Notes under the pieces: generated by a model
What the model was told of the DNA's origin: nothing
The model's database searches: none
The model's input: only the letters and a program-made list of their open reading frames with translations
Assembly: GCA_027923505.1 (NCBI GenBank)
Contig: BROI01000014.1
Span: 1 to 64,000, forward strand
DNA: 64,000 nucleotides
Direction of reading: 5' to 3'
From: Mayamaea pseudoterrestris
Lineage: Eukaryota
Translations under genes and position numbers: made by a program
Shown here: positions 11,546 to 22,725 of the stretch, piece by piece
How the letters are laid out: each line of letters begins with the position of its first letter
Position numbering within the stretch: the stretch's first letter is position 1

Positions 11546-12779
11546 TTAGTCAACCTTGGCCTTGATAGCGACTGATTGCGAAATCTCGTCATCGCCGCCA
11601 ACTATTCTCTCCTTTTGCAAAGGACCAATATGCTGCTGCTGTTGCTGTTGCATCTGCTTGTCATGTTGCACCCACACGACAGTGTACAATCCGCCAAACA
11701 CAAGCACCATGGACACCCATTGCAACATCGAAAAGGAATGCCCAAACGCATAGACGCTGAGCAGTATGGTGACAAACTTGCGCGTCGTGGTAATTGTCGT
11801 GCACACGACGGGCGAGTACCAAGTAATGGTTAAAAAGATATACACTTGCCCAATTCCGGCGGACGCATTGAGCAAGAGCAAGTTCCACGATAGTACTGGC
11901 TCATTCACAAATATACGCTGTAGCGTCGCCAGTCGCAACTGGCCATTGTATATTGAAAGCGGCACGAGAAAGACGAGAGCGTATAGGTTGACGTAGTACA
12001 TGGTTTGCACGGCAGTTGGCGGCAGCAACGATGCGTCTCGAAGGCTGCAAAGCTTGATGAGATTCTGGCACGTGCCCAGCAGTCCATCACTCAATAAGCT
12101 AATCATGAGCAATAGCATGCCAAAGTTTCTCCGTTGTTGATTGTTTTCTGCGTGGTGCAAGTCATTCGACTTGCTTAATCTCGTCGCATGGAACAATACA
12201 ATTCCGCAACTGATGCAGAGTGCCGCCATCCACTCGGATCGATTATAGGACTTGCGCTCCAAAAACTGACCGACCAGCATGGTGGGAATGAGTTTGCAAC
12301 TCTTGGCCAAGACAGCGACGGGGTAGGAGACGTGTGGAATTGCCTCGTTGGAGCAGGTCATGGCGACAATGTAGCAAAATGCCGTCGACAGCAGCAGCTT
12401 GTGCGGAAGACGATGTGACGGAGGTGGAGGCAATGGGAGCTGCTGCAAGTTTTCGTTGTCTTGTCTCATCGAATCATCGTTCTGCTTCGTTTGCTTGGTG
12501 CGTTGATCATGCTTCATTTTCGTCAGTCGAAACATCAAATGCATTTCAACCCATTCCCAGATGCGAGCGACGAAGACATTTGTCAAACATGCAGTCACCA
12601 AGCAAAATGTTGGTCCCAAGTGAACTCCAGTAAATAAACTCTCCTGCAAGAGTCCATAGAGGCAGTAGGAGACGCAAATTCCACGCGCAAACAGCGAGTC
12701 GCAGCAAGGAGGGTGCTGGAACAGCGGGAGGAGGAGGTAAAGAGGATGGCTGACTCTTGCTCGTCAGGTTGGGTGACAT
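11546..12779 (-). pseudogene. UAA / SLC35B-type nucleotide-sugar (or PAPS/ATP) transporter with an apparent frameshift at ~12683
   Basis: Motifs SYPVAVLAKSCKLIPTM, GQVYIF and ITTTRKFVTILLS. The N-terminus MSPN...LAVCA is out of frame with GICVSYCLYGLLQE (TGC GCG T GGA ATT). Could be an assembly error in an intact gene. Confidence 0.7.
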
Positions 12780-13123
12780 TTTCTCGTCTGAATGAGCGGA
12801 CGTTACTTGACACATTCAATAAGCGTCTCATATGTAATCGCTATCGTAGCCAATAATTGCTTGATTGCTTGTCAAGTTGATGGCTGACTGCGAGTGAACG
12901 AATCGTGCTGAAAACATCGGACGAAACGTCATGGCGGAGTTCCATCGAACTGGCGCGCCGATGACATCATCGTTTCAAATTCGTCTTGACAACCAAGTCT
13001 GTTACAGTCAATGAGAATCATCGACTACAAGTACTTCACCGATTGCAATTTAGCATCCTCAACCACTTGTAACCTTAAACCTGCTTGGTCTCTGGCTTAA
13101 CTGGAAAAGCAATTTCGGCGATC

Positions 13124-14912
13124 ATGTTTACGAAATCACATATGTCGTACCGAGTCTCAGTGGATCGCGATACGACGTGCTTCTTTTCTGATGATGAAGA
13201 GAGGCAGAGCATTCGATTCAAAGCAACCTGCATCTACAAGAATGATCTACAATCCTACCAGAAGGATTTTTTTACCTTTACAGTGGATTCAGACCGTGAT
13301 ATAGCTTCAACGGTGGGTTCAGACGAGCGAGATAGGACAACATGCCGATCCAATCTTCCTCAACTACCTTCCAATCGGCTGATAATAGCCACCTGCTTTG
13401 CCATTCTTCTCGGCTTTATCTTGATTGTGAGCAAGTACAATTCATTTGAGCTTCAAGAAGCTTCCTTGCATCCTCTGCTGGACCGGGCATCCAGAATCGA
13501 CAAGCACTTGCATCATCATTCTCACCAATGGAAGGTGATTCATGACACACTCAAGTCACTCGACAAGGAAATAACAGGTAATGTTTTCTTCCATAACGAC
13601 GAGAAGCTTGACAAGACTGTATTTGATCATGCTAGTCAAGTCTGGGTTGCCAGTGTCGCGCCGCCGTACGCAGTCATTGAAGTGGCGTCCGAGCGTGACG
13701 TTCAAATCGCCCTTCATCGTGCCATTACGCCAATGATGCAGCGTTACTCCGATTTGGAGTTTCGCGTTCGCTCGGGTGGACACAACAAGGCTGGATATTC
13801 GACGGTGGCGTCTGGTATTGTCTTGTCGTTGGCGCGATTGAATCGGATCACCAACATGGATCTTGATGGTGACACAGTCACAATGCAGCCAGCCGTGCTC
13901 GTCGAGCAATTCATGCAGCAGGTGACGCTACCATACAACTACTCTGGTGTCGTTGGCTTTTGCAAACAAGTGGCCGAGAGTGGATTCGTCTTGGGTGGTG
14001 GCTTTGGGCTCACAAGTCGGCTCTATGGAATGGGAATGGACAATGTATTGTCGATGCGAATCGTACTGGTGGTGGAAGCTTTGGAGTGGTGACGGAGATG
14101 CGAATAGCAATTCACAAGTCGAGCCCGAATCTGCAAGTGTTATCAGTTGTCCTTTCGACAGCGACAATGGCGTCCTTCCTACAGCACATTGGCGAATTGG
14201 ATAGTTCCAATGCATTACCTGGAAACTTTGTCATGCTGGTTGATGTTTATCCTGGTGACGGATTGTTTCAAGCAAACATTCTATGGACTGGACAAGACGA
14301 CGATGAAGTGCAGAGTGGCCAAGATTATGTCGCCAAGCTGCTTGACGAAGATTTCCTAATGCAACTTCCATCCGACGCGGTGACGCACGCAATGATTACT
14401 TGGACGGATTTTTATGGACCAAATGCTCCGCAGCCAGCCTGGGGACGTCGCGTCTGGGCTGCCGGTTGCTGGTGCGGCTTTTTGCTACCGGAGCAAAACA
14501 CTGACGAAGTATGGCAAGAAATTATGAGCGTCATTTCGGCAGGCCTGCAGCAGTCAGCACCCTATCTCATGCCGGATATCGAGCTGTGGGGAGGAGCTAT
14601 GCATGACAAGGCAGGGAACGAAACAGCTTTTCCTTATCGATCTGCCATATACGATGTTGGGGTACTACTTACTATTCCAGACGACGCGCATGAAGCATCA
14701 AAGCTATTCGAGCATCATTCAAATCTGGTGGACTCGTGGTGGCCAGGTATCTTACGGGATCGTACGTTAACTACCCCATGAGAAACTTGAAAGATTATCC
14801 TCAAGTCTACTGGGCAAACAACCTACAGCGACTGGTGCACGTCAAGAATAAATACGACCCAGACAATGTTTTCAAATTTCCAATGAGCGTTCCCACAAGC
14901 GTGCCGCGATAA
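13124..14912 (+). pseudogene. Berberine-bridge-enzyme-like (AA7-type) FAD oxidase, type II membrane anchored, with two frameshifts
   Basis: RSGGH (FAD His), GFCKQVAESGFVLGGG (Cys), GGGSFGVVT and the C-terminal BBE motif SYVNY...YWANNLQRLVHVKNKYDPDNVF. Frame breaks at ~14068 and ~14745. Confidence 0.82.
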
Positions 14913-15033
14913 AGACGCCTTGGTGCAAGTTGCAATGATTGATAAGGATGCGGGGGTTTCCGCCTGACTTATCGTCGCCTCTCTCGTAATCAATGGCAGC
15001 GAAGCAGGATAATAGCGCCCTTGTAAATCTGCA

Positions 15034-16476
15034 TCACAAGCTTGGCGGTGCATGACGCATGTCATATGTTAGCTCGAGTCCATCAAGTATGCCTTGTATT
15101 GTACCTTCCGTTGTCGCCATGTATTTACGATAGATGTCATAGCACGTTTTACGTCGTTGGCACTGTTCCTCGACCGACATGGCTCGCAGTATAAAAGGCA
15201 GCTGGAAGACTTGATCCTCTGGAACCATGACGGCGCAACTTTCCCAACTGACTAGTCGTTCCGAAAATGGCAAGACCCACCCATCCGCCAAGATGATTGG
15301 AATGGCGCCAGCTGACAAGACTTCTGTGAATCGGTAGGAGAATAGATTATCGCCTCGCGGAACAGCCGAAAACTGGCTCTGAACTATATCGTCCATAAAA
15401 GAAACACCCCCGTTACTCGTCTTTTCAAATTGTTCGAAATAATCGAGTCGATCATACAGGAACATGTCGGGTTCATGGCTGAGCCTATGCACCAACTGTT
15501 TGCGCGCTCTGGCATGCCTTTTGTTCTTGCTCTTAAACTTTGTATTGCCAATAAATGATAGTAGATACGGCCTTTGCTTAACGTTGCAGCTATAAATATC
15601 GGCAATCTGTTGCGACGTCAAGTGTAGCTTCGTCACGGCCGGTGGAGGCAAGCCTTGATCCACATAATCGAGCAGCTGCGATTGATCCGACGATAGTGAT
15701 AGGATTTATAATTGCTTGGATGGTTGCGTAGTGTTTCGATAGTTGGGAGGCGGGCCGTTGCCGCGACATTCCGGTATGACCAACGTTGCCGTCGGAAACT
15801 TGTGAATCACATCAAGCACGAGCGACACGTATGGACACTGGTCAAGGTGGTAGCACTCCGCCATCAACTTGGAGTACACGGCCCGACCACCTGCTCTGTC
15901 GGAATTTACTTCAAAGCCGGATTCGCCAGCGTAAATTGGGTAGTTGGATTCAAAGCATGTTTCAACGTCGAGAAAGATGTAGTATCGCGTGGTTTCGTCC
16001 AATTCATGTTGCTTGCTTGCAACGCTCGTCCAATCAATGGATGGGTCAAAGTTTGGATGATTGACGACGGCCTGCAAAAGCTCCCTTTGTCGAGTGGAGC
16101 GAGCGTATTGCAATCCATGCGTTATATTCGGATGGTTCCACTGATAGTTGGTGAGCAAAAGCTTGTAGGCCGAATTCGTCGCTTCAAAATTGTAGTTTCC
16201 TCGCTGATTGGACGATAGATGCAGCGTCTTGTCATTAATCTTAATATCAATAGCTGTTCCTTCGTTTTTGAATGCAAATGAATCATAAAGAGTCGACTCT
16301 CTGAGAAGGAGATGCAAATTGTTTGTCGTCGAAAGCACTTTGAAACTTGGACTCAACATGAACCAGAAAAGAATCATGAAATGCAGAAGCAACAATGATC
16401 CTGCGGTGAAGCATCGTCTCTTGAGTTGCTTCTTGTCATTCTCTCTCCGAGTCGATCGGTGATACAGGCGGACCAT
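15034..16476 (-). pseudogene. Exostosin / GT47 glycosyltransferase with an in-frame TAA at 15706-15708
   Basis: N-terminal TM and the GT47 motif FSAVPRGDNLFSYRFTEVLSAGAIPIILADGWVLPF. The two ORFs share a frame (...SKQL*ILSLSSDQSQLLDYVDQGLPPP). Confidence 0.8.
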
Positions 16477-16906
16477 TGCCTCAGCTCTGTCCCCGTGTCA
16501 AGTCACTCGTCGGTCAAGAAGTGTCAAGTCTATCGGCAACCTATCAATACCCTCGCAACTGCATCGTCAAGGAACATTCTAGCAGTCTTCAATGCTTGAG
16601 TCACTCGTTCTGTATACATTATAGGGTGTTACTGTAACGTCTCATGGTCCCGCAAAGAGATGCAGGCTTTTAGGTGCTTGATTGATACCGGTACCAGATA
16701 CCAGCAAGCTTGATGCTTTTGGCGCGCCATTCTTGTCACGTTTTGTCGCACCGCAATACGAGTACCGGTGCGTCTTTTATTTTCTGGCTTCGCGATCGAA
16801 TGACACGCTTGAAAAACCCATCAAATTCGACGAATGTGATCCTTGTTATCGACTATAGCCACACGAAAAAGCGGCGTCAACGTTCACTCACCTCTCGTCA
16901 AACAAT

Positions 16907-18388
16907 ATGGATGAATCGACCGAGCCCTCTGTCACCTCATCTTTGCCTGATCAGAACCATACGGCTGCTACTGCTGCTGCCCAAGCAGAGTTGAACCCAT
17001 CGCAGCAGTTTCAAATCATGGCGACTGAATTTGAAGACTCTGAGGATAAGTCAAGTGGATTCTTGGCGCCCGATAAAACATCTGCCTTGCCCTCCCAAAC
17101 TCTTCATGCTCCTGCCCATCAAGTGGTTTCTTCGCGGCACACGAAGGATTCCTTTTGGCATCGCATGAAGCGCGAGACAAGTGCGGCCAGCGTCGCTAGT
17201 GTCGCCAGTGCTGCTAGCAAGCTCACCAATGATCCAACGTTTGACTTCAAGGAGAAGCGCAAATCCGTCTTTTCAGCCAATGGACGAGAGATCAAGCTTC
17301 CATCCTTGGTGGACTGTAAGAAGAAGCTTGTCAACAAGATACGAGACGAACATTTGGAACGATCCAGCAACGCCGGACACATTTTGCAGAATTTGGTTCT
17401 TGACATACTCGCTGGATTCTACATTTACTTTGCGAATACAGTTGGAGTTGAAACATTGGTCGTTGTGGTGAATGCAGTCGCAGCGACGGTCTTCTTTTGC
17501 ATCGAGCATGCGCGCTTTGCGGTGCGGCTTGATTTCGCATATTTGTCGTTCGCCGTGGTCTTTCCCTTGACTTTTTTGATCCAAACGGTCTTTGCTCGTC
17601 GCGATCTTGCCTTGTCGCATCTCGCTGATTTCAAGGCAGCCCTATTGGGGACCACCATGTTCACCATGACGGTTGATTGGCCTACAACAGACGGAGCCTT
17701 GACTGGCGGAAGAATGTCTCTGCCGAAAAAGTTTAACGAAAATGTACTCGAAGACGTGCAAGCGCTCGTATTGCAAGTGTATGAATATCTTGCCATGCCC
17801 AACACCGGACATGCTCGCAACATTGTCTTTCGCATCAAGCAAAAGGCCACTCGCAAGGTCCACGCCGCTCAGAATGACATTGTCAAACGCATCAACGACT
17901 CACTCTTTGACTTTGCCATGCACATGGAGGAAATGAAGAGCGCTGGACTTCCAGCCGGCGAAGCGTCACGATTGCATCAGTTTCACTACTTTTTGTCCAA
18001 GCAGTTTGAGCAGCTGCGAGTCTTCAAGTACTACCGAACCCCGCAGGCGACGCGCAGCTTTGGTTTGACGTACATCTTAGCGTTACCGTGGATGTCGGGC
18101 CCGTACTTTGCCTACGTTTACGAGTCGACCAACATGGCCATGACAACGTCAATGGCGGCGTTTACGTTCCTGGTCATGCTGGGGCTGCTCAACACGCAGA
18201 AATGCTTGGAAGATCCATTTTACACTGATCGGTCGACGTGGATGCCGAGCATGGTTGATACAATCAAGCTTGACTTTGAAATGGCAGTCATGTTGCAAAC
18301 AGCTGAACAATACTATGCCAATGCTGAGCTGCGGCGCCAGTACGCGGATGAGTCCGTCGAAAACGTTGATGATGGCTTTACCGTTTAA
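16907..18388 (+). CDS. Bestrophin-like (UPF0187/YneE-related) membrane protein
   Basis: 493 aa with two TM pairs; AVVFPLTFLIQTVFARR, FEQLRVFKYYRTP and the LEDPF motif. Confidence 0.65.
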   Translation: MDESTEPSVTSSLPDQNHTAATAAAQAELNPSQQFQIMATEFEDSEDKSSGFLAPDKTSALPSQTLHAPAHQVVSSRHTKDSFWHRMKRETSAASVASVASAASKLTNDPTFDFKEKRKSVFSANGREIKLPSLVDCKKKLVNKIRDEHLERSSNAGHILQNLVLDILAGFYIYFANTVGVETLVVVVNAVAATVFFCIEHARFAVRLDFAYLSFAVVFPLTFLIQTVFARRDLALSHLADFKAALLGTTMFTMTVDWPTTDGALTGGRMSLPKKFNENVLEDVQALVLQVYEYLAMPNTGHARNIVFRIKQKATRKVHAAQNDIVKRINDSLFDFAMHMEEMKSAGLPAGEASRLHQFHYFLSKQFEQLRVFKYYRTPQATRSFGLTYILALPWMSGPYFAYVYESTNMAMTTSMAAFTFLVMLGLLNTQKCLEDPFYTDRSTWMPSMVDTIKLDFEMAVMLQTAEQYYANAELRRQYADESVENVDDGFTV

Positions 18389-18808
18389 TGGAAAAAATGG
18401 TCCATGACAAGTAAATAATCCCGTAATAGACGACAAATTCTGGACTGGAAAGGCCAAGATGGGTAGCGTATGGCGTAGAGTAATGCAGCTCCCAAATTAT
18501 GACGGAGGCAAGAAGCAATGATCGAAGTACATACGGATTGCGAATGAGAACAATATTTGGCACGACTAAACTCCTCATTTGTGACTCATTTCAGTCGACG
18601 ATTTGAGTATACGAACAGACGACATTATATCAAGTCTCGATGTGGGCGCAAGCGATGACCCTCTACCGTTTCGCGGGCCATTCATTATCACTTTGATATC
18701 AACCTCCTGTCGTTTCTTCACAAATTTTGGCATTAGAAAGGTTGCGAAGCCGCCAAATCGTTGAGTGGCGCACCCAAGAGTATAGAAGCTATCAACGTAA
18801 CTAGTAAA

Positions 18809-18880
18809 GAAGGAGAAGTGGCGTAGTGTCCTTTAAAAGCCTACTAACGAAGGAGAAGTGGCGTAGTGTCCTTTACAAGC
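18809..18880. repeat. Direct repeat, period 40 bp (gaaggagaagtggcgtagtgtccttta)
   Basis: Copies at 18809 and 18849, 31/32 identical. Confidence 0.95.
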
Positions 18881-19003
18881 GACTATCGAGTGGAATCAGC
18901 GCAGGAGCGCCGTCGAGACGGAAAAGCTTTGGACGTTGAGTCGTTGAGTCATTCTCCCAAAGCATCATTCTCCTTTTGCTTATCTCTCTCGTAAAGCAGC
19001 AAT

Positions 19004-19852
19004 ATGGCTTCGACGCATCGACTACGACAGGAGGTATGCATTCGCTATGGCTGGAGTACCTACTATGATCAAGACGACGATGGATACTGGTATGTGCAGG
19101 TGACCATGGGACTTGACGATGACTATGAAGTGCAGTGTCAAACTTTTACGTCTGATAGTTACACGAACAATGTGAAGCTTGGTATGGCGGCAGCTTCTCA
19201 ATGTGCTCTCGATGGTTTGTATTATGACATTGAGTACGAGGAATCCAAGCCGCGGCTAGATTTGGTGCAAGCCTTTGAAGATGTTGAGTTGGATATTAAA
19301 GACTCTGACAACTCATGGGTTTGGCAAGAGTTTTATCGCCATAAGCCCCGGGTGGTTGGTATTGATGTCGAGGGAAACAACATTTCGCCCCCGGTACTCG
19401 TGCAGATTGCGACGGAGGATTATGTCATTCTGGAAGCGCCTCAAAATGGTTACTTCTCACGCGGCTTGTATCGACTTTTGAGAGACAAGTCGATTACCAA
19501 AGTCTTTTGCGACAAGAGCAACCGCGACAAGACGTCTTTGAAGCTGTCGCTGAACAATAGGAGCGTTGTTGAGTTGGAAGATTTGGCAAACGACATTTTT
19601 GGTACAAATAGCGTTGCTCGAGGATTGGGCAAAATTGCGACACTTTGCATGCCAGACTACTCGCATCTTGCCATTGTCAAGCCAAAGGGTAATCGCTATC
19701 ATGACGTTCGTGAGTTTGTCATGATTGAGCAAGGACGAGCAGAGCCTCTGGAGAGTATTTATGACTTGTCGGATGATGCGCGGCGGTATGCCGCACTGGA
19801 TGCATGGGTGACGTTGGAGTGCTACATGAGCCTCCAAAAGGTGGAATATTGA
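19004..19852 (+). CDS. DEDDy 3'-5' exonuclease (WRN/EXD/MUT-7-like) with an N-terminal dsRBD-like domain
   Basis: ExoI GIDVEG, LVQIAT, ExoII region DKSNRD, ExoIII YAALDA. N-terminus LRQEVC..W..WYVQV..F..KLGMAAASQCALDGL. Confidence 0.8.
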   Translation: MASTHRLRQEVCIRYGWSTYYDQDDDGYWYVQVTMGLDDDYEVQCQTFTSDSYTNNVKLGMAAASQCALDGLYYDIEYEESKPRLDLVQAFEDVELDIKDSDNSWVWQEFYRHKPRVVGIDVEGNNISPPVLVQIATEDYVILEAPQNGYFSRGLYRLLRDKSITKVFCDKSNRDKTSLKLSLNNRSVVELEDLANDIFGTNSVARGLGKIATLCMPDYSHLAIVKPKGNRYHDVREFVMIEQGRAEPLESIYDLSDDARRYAALDAWVTLECYMSLQKVEY

Positions 19853-20137
19853 ACGGTGTGCTCAGAAGACCTGACACGTATATGATTGTATTTAAGTTTT
19901 ATCAATTTAGTCATGATACAACTACGTAGCTCCACCCGACGAAAAGTTCATTCAAAGCAGGAATCGTTGAGAGAAGATCACTTTACTCTCATTGCATAAT
20001 GCTGGGCAAGTAAGATGGTCGAGTAGCTGCGACGAAGAGTCGGATAAATTTTATCAGAATGCGAGCGGTTCATGGAACCTCAAAGCACTCTCACAAAGGC
20101 ATCATCCAAAGAAAGTCGAAAGCTGTTTCATACGTCA

Positions 20138-20860
20138 TCATCCATCCGGCTCATCCTCCAAATCAATGCCCCATTCCAGTGCCATGACCTTGCGACGCAA
20201 AGCTCGTTCGACTCGCCCATTCCATCGCTTATTAGAATTCTCGTTCCGATCCAAACAATCCATCTTGCCGCATGCTTCCACAAGTAGTTGCAGTAGTGGT
20301 TGCTCCTCCAAGCCTTGATTGATGCGTTTCTTACGAACGTTTTGCGAAAGCTTTCGAAAAATCTTGTTGACTTGTTCAAACGAGTAGCGACCGTCCTCCA
20401 ACGCTTGAGCTACTTGGTCGACCGTTTTGAGTAGCTGCGTATTGCTGGACGCATTTCGAGAGGAAGGTGTTGCAAAGAGCAAATCTTGAATCCACTTGTC
20501 AATGGCAGCATCCTCCTTGGCAAGTTGGTCCACTTTACGCTGCGCAACTTCCTGCTGCATGCGGCGTATGTCGGCCTTGACTTTCTCGGCTTGGTCCAAC
20601 AGATCCAATGCATGAGTTCCTTCTTCCTGCAATGACAAAAACCTACCGGTAGTGCTGTTACTGCAATCACGCGACCTGCTGATTGCCGAAGATTCATCAT
20701 TGGACGAGGACGAGGAGAGCAGCCTTGTTTGATCACCAAAGTGATTTGCACGAGCAACACCCGTTTTCTCTCTCCGTATGGATCCATGGATATGCATCAA
20801 ACCAAGTACATTCGAAGGAAGAAGCAATGTATAGCAAGCAACGATCGTAATTTTCGCCAT
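20138..20860 (-). CDS. Hypothetical protein with signal peptide and Ser/Arg-rich transit-like region (probably plastid-targeted)
   Basis: 240 aa; hydrophobic N-terminus, coiled coil, ordered C-terminal domain. Confidence 0.6.
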   Translation of the reverse strand: MAKITIVACYTLLLPSNVLGLMHIHGSIRREKTGVARANHFGDQTRLLSSSSSNDESSAISRSRDCSNSTTGRFLSLQEEGTHALDLLDQAEKVKADIRRMQQEVAQRKVDQLAKEDAAIDKWIQDLLFATPSSRNASSNTQLLKTVDQVAQALEDGRYSFEQVNKIFRKLSQNVRKKRINQGLEEQPLLQLLVEACGKMDCLDRNENSNKRWNGRVERALRRKVMALEWGIDLEDEPDG

Positions 20861-21366
20861 GGTCAAAAGTTGTGGTCGAAGGTTTTAGTATATTGTCGTT
20901 GGGTGCCGTATTGGAAGGGCGCGATACGAATGTGGGCGATGAGTCAGACCATCTGAACTTCTTACTTTTACTTTTGCGGCGTGCCGCAATTTGAAAATGA
21001 CTTGTTTTCACTTTCTTCATGCTCGAGTCACCTCACAATGACCGTGTTACTCCCAACACATGCCTACTAGTACTGTACCGGTACTCGTACTCGTTCTGTA
21101 ACCTCTCTGTTATATCTCGCCTCTCATTAGACAGATTGTTCAACATCAAATGTAATTGACATCACAGTCAGTGCTTATCCGCGCATTTTACCCACCTCGC
21201 TACATTGGCATCGCGATTAATATAGTAAAAGACATCATCATGGTAGCGTAGCTTTGCAGATGCGACCGCAGACAACTTGCCAAAAAATACTGAGGTAGCT
21301 TCTGGCAGAAGTAAACTCGACTCCTTTTAGCAATATTTCGTGTTCTTCGCCAACAATCTAGCAAAA

Positions 21367-22725
21367 TTATCTCCTCTTATGCAGCGGCAGTGGATATGGG
21401 TCTTTAAAATACGGATTATGTCCCATCCACTCCAAGAAAGGTCGGTCATATCGATCAAACTGGTGAATGACCCGTGACCTAGTTCCATCGCTCTCCAGAA
21501 AGAAACCGTCTTGGTCGCAAACATTTAAATGACCGCACCACTTGTCACCACGTGCGCCACGAAAAGGCTGTGCCAGCGCTTCGCCGCGCGTCAAGTTGCG
21601 CGTTTCGCTCATTTCCTTGACATGATGTTCCACACTCTGTGCGCCTAATACTCCGACAGTATTGACAATACTTTGACCCGTCAACATTGGTACAGCCGTG
21701 GCAAATGGCAGTTTACCCGAGTAGTACAAGTAGTTGTGAATGCTTTGGTCGTCCCCATTGATCGGAAACCAGCATTTTGGATCCATTATCCATGCTTGCA
21801 TTTCTTGGTACATTGCGTCAAGATACTGGATCACTGCCTCTCTTGTTCCCGTCGTTGTACCACTGCAAAGCATTGGCTTGTCGAACACAACGCCCTTGCA
21901 TGTTTCAATTGGCCACTTGGCAAGCCAGTGCATTGTCGTTTGCGTCTTGTACTCTTCATAGACTTGCAAACCTTTTACCGGCGGTGACCCTTCTCCAAAC
22001 GGATCGCGCTGAAAATACGAGTCCCTCACATCCATGATCAAGACTGGCCCCGTGCATGTGTCACAGTCACGCAGCCAATCACGCGCCAAGGGAAACCGAC
22101 TCCATCGCACCTTAATGTCGTGGTACGGATAGGCGCATGTCGTTCGTTCCCTCACATGTGGATTCGTAGCGTCTTCGCCCGTCCTGGCAGGAATCGAGTA
22201 GGTGCAATTAACGTATTGGAGCAACTTGGGAGTCACATTCCGATATTCAAAGTATGCGAGAATTTCCGGCGAAACGTCTGGGCTCACACCAAGGATAATG
22301 TGACCCTTGTAGCCAGTCTTGCGGAGCGTTCCGACGAATTGCTGATAAATTCTCAAGTCGTATCCGGTAGCCATTCCCATGACTGTTGCTGTTGATGAGT
22401 CGTTCACAGCGGCGGCGGCGGCGGCTGACGTTTCAACCTGTGTGGCGTTGATGGGAACAAAAGACTTTAATTGGTAGCTTTCTTCACGACTATACAGGTA
22501 TTTGTAGGGACTGTTGAAATAAAATGCCGCCAGGACTAGGGAGGCTGCCGCAACGATATTCATAGGGCGAAACATGCAGCACTTTATGCGGCAATTCTGT
22601 GACAGCCCGGACAACAACTGACAACTGCTGCTAATGCCGACAGACCATCCAGACGGAGTTCCTTTGCGTCCAGCTAAGAACCATAGCCCATCGCCTTCAT
22701 TGTCCAGTTCCTGTTTGTGAAGCAT
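21367..22725 (-). CDS. Type II membrane putative GT-A-fold glycosyltransferase-like protein (start codon uncertain)
   Basis: TM IVAAASLVLAAFYF; motifs FVGTLRKTGYKG, SRF, MDVRDSYFQRDPF (DxxD), MLCSGTTTG, DDQSIHNYL and IHQFDR. Confidence 0.6.
   Translation of the reverse strand: MLHKQELDNEGDGLWFLAGRKGTPSGWSVGISSSCQLLSGLSQNCRIKCCMFRPMNIVAAASLVLAAFYFNSPYKYLYSREESYQLKSFVPINATQVETSAAAAAAVNDSSTATVMGMATGYDLRIYQQFVGTLRKTGYKGHIILGVSPDVSPEILAYFEYRNVTPKLLQYVNCTYSIPARTGEDATNPHVRERTTCAYPYHDIKVRWSRFPLARDWLRDCDTCTGPVLIMDVRDSYFQRDPFGEGSPPVKGLQVYEEYKTQTTMHWLAKWPIETCKGVVFDKPMLCSGTTTGTREAVIQYLDAMYQEMQAWIMDPKCWFPINGDDQSIHNYLYYSGKLPFATAVPMLTGQSIVNTVGVLGAQSVEHHVKEMSETRNLTRGEALAQPFRGARGDKWCGHLNVCDQDGFFLESDGTRSRVIHQFDRYDRPFLEWMGHNPYFKDPYPLPLHKRR

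Noticed and set aside
15706..15708. Stop-codon readthrough, recoding or a hidden intron in the exostosin gene
   Set aside because: TAA is a normal stop for other genes here, and I saw no convincing splice donor that spares the flanking coding motifs. A nonsense mutation or error is simpler.
18809..18880. CRISPR-like repeat-spacer
   Set aside because: Only two copies with a gap of ~8-13 nt, eukaryotic context and no cas genes.
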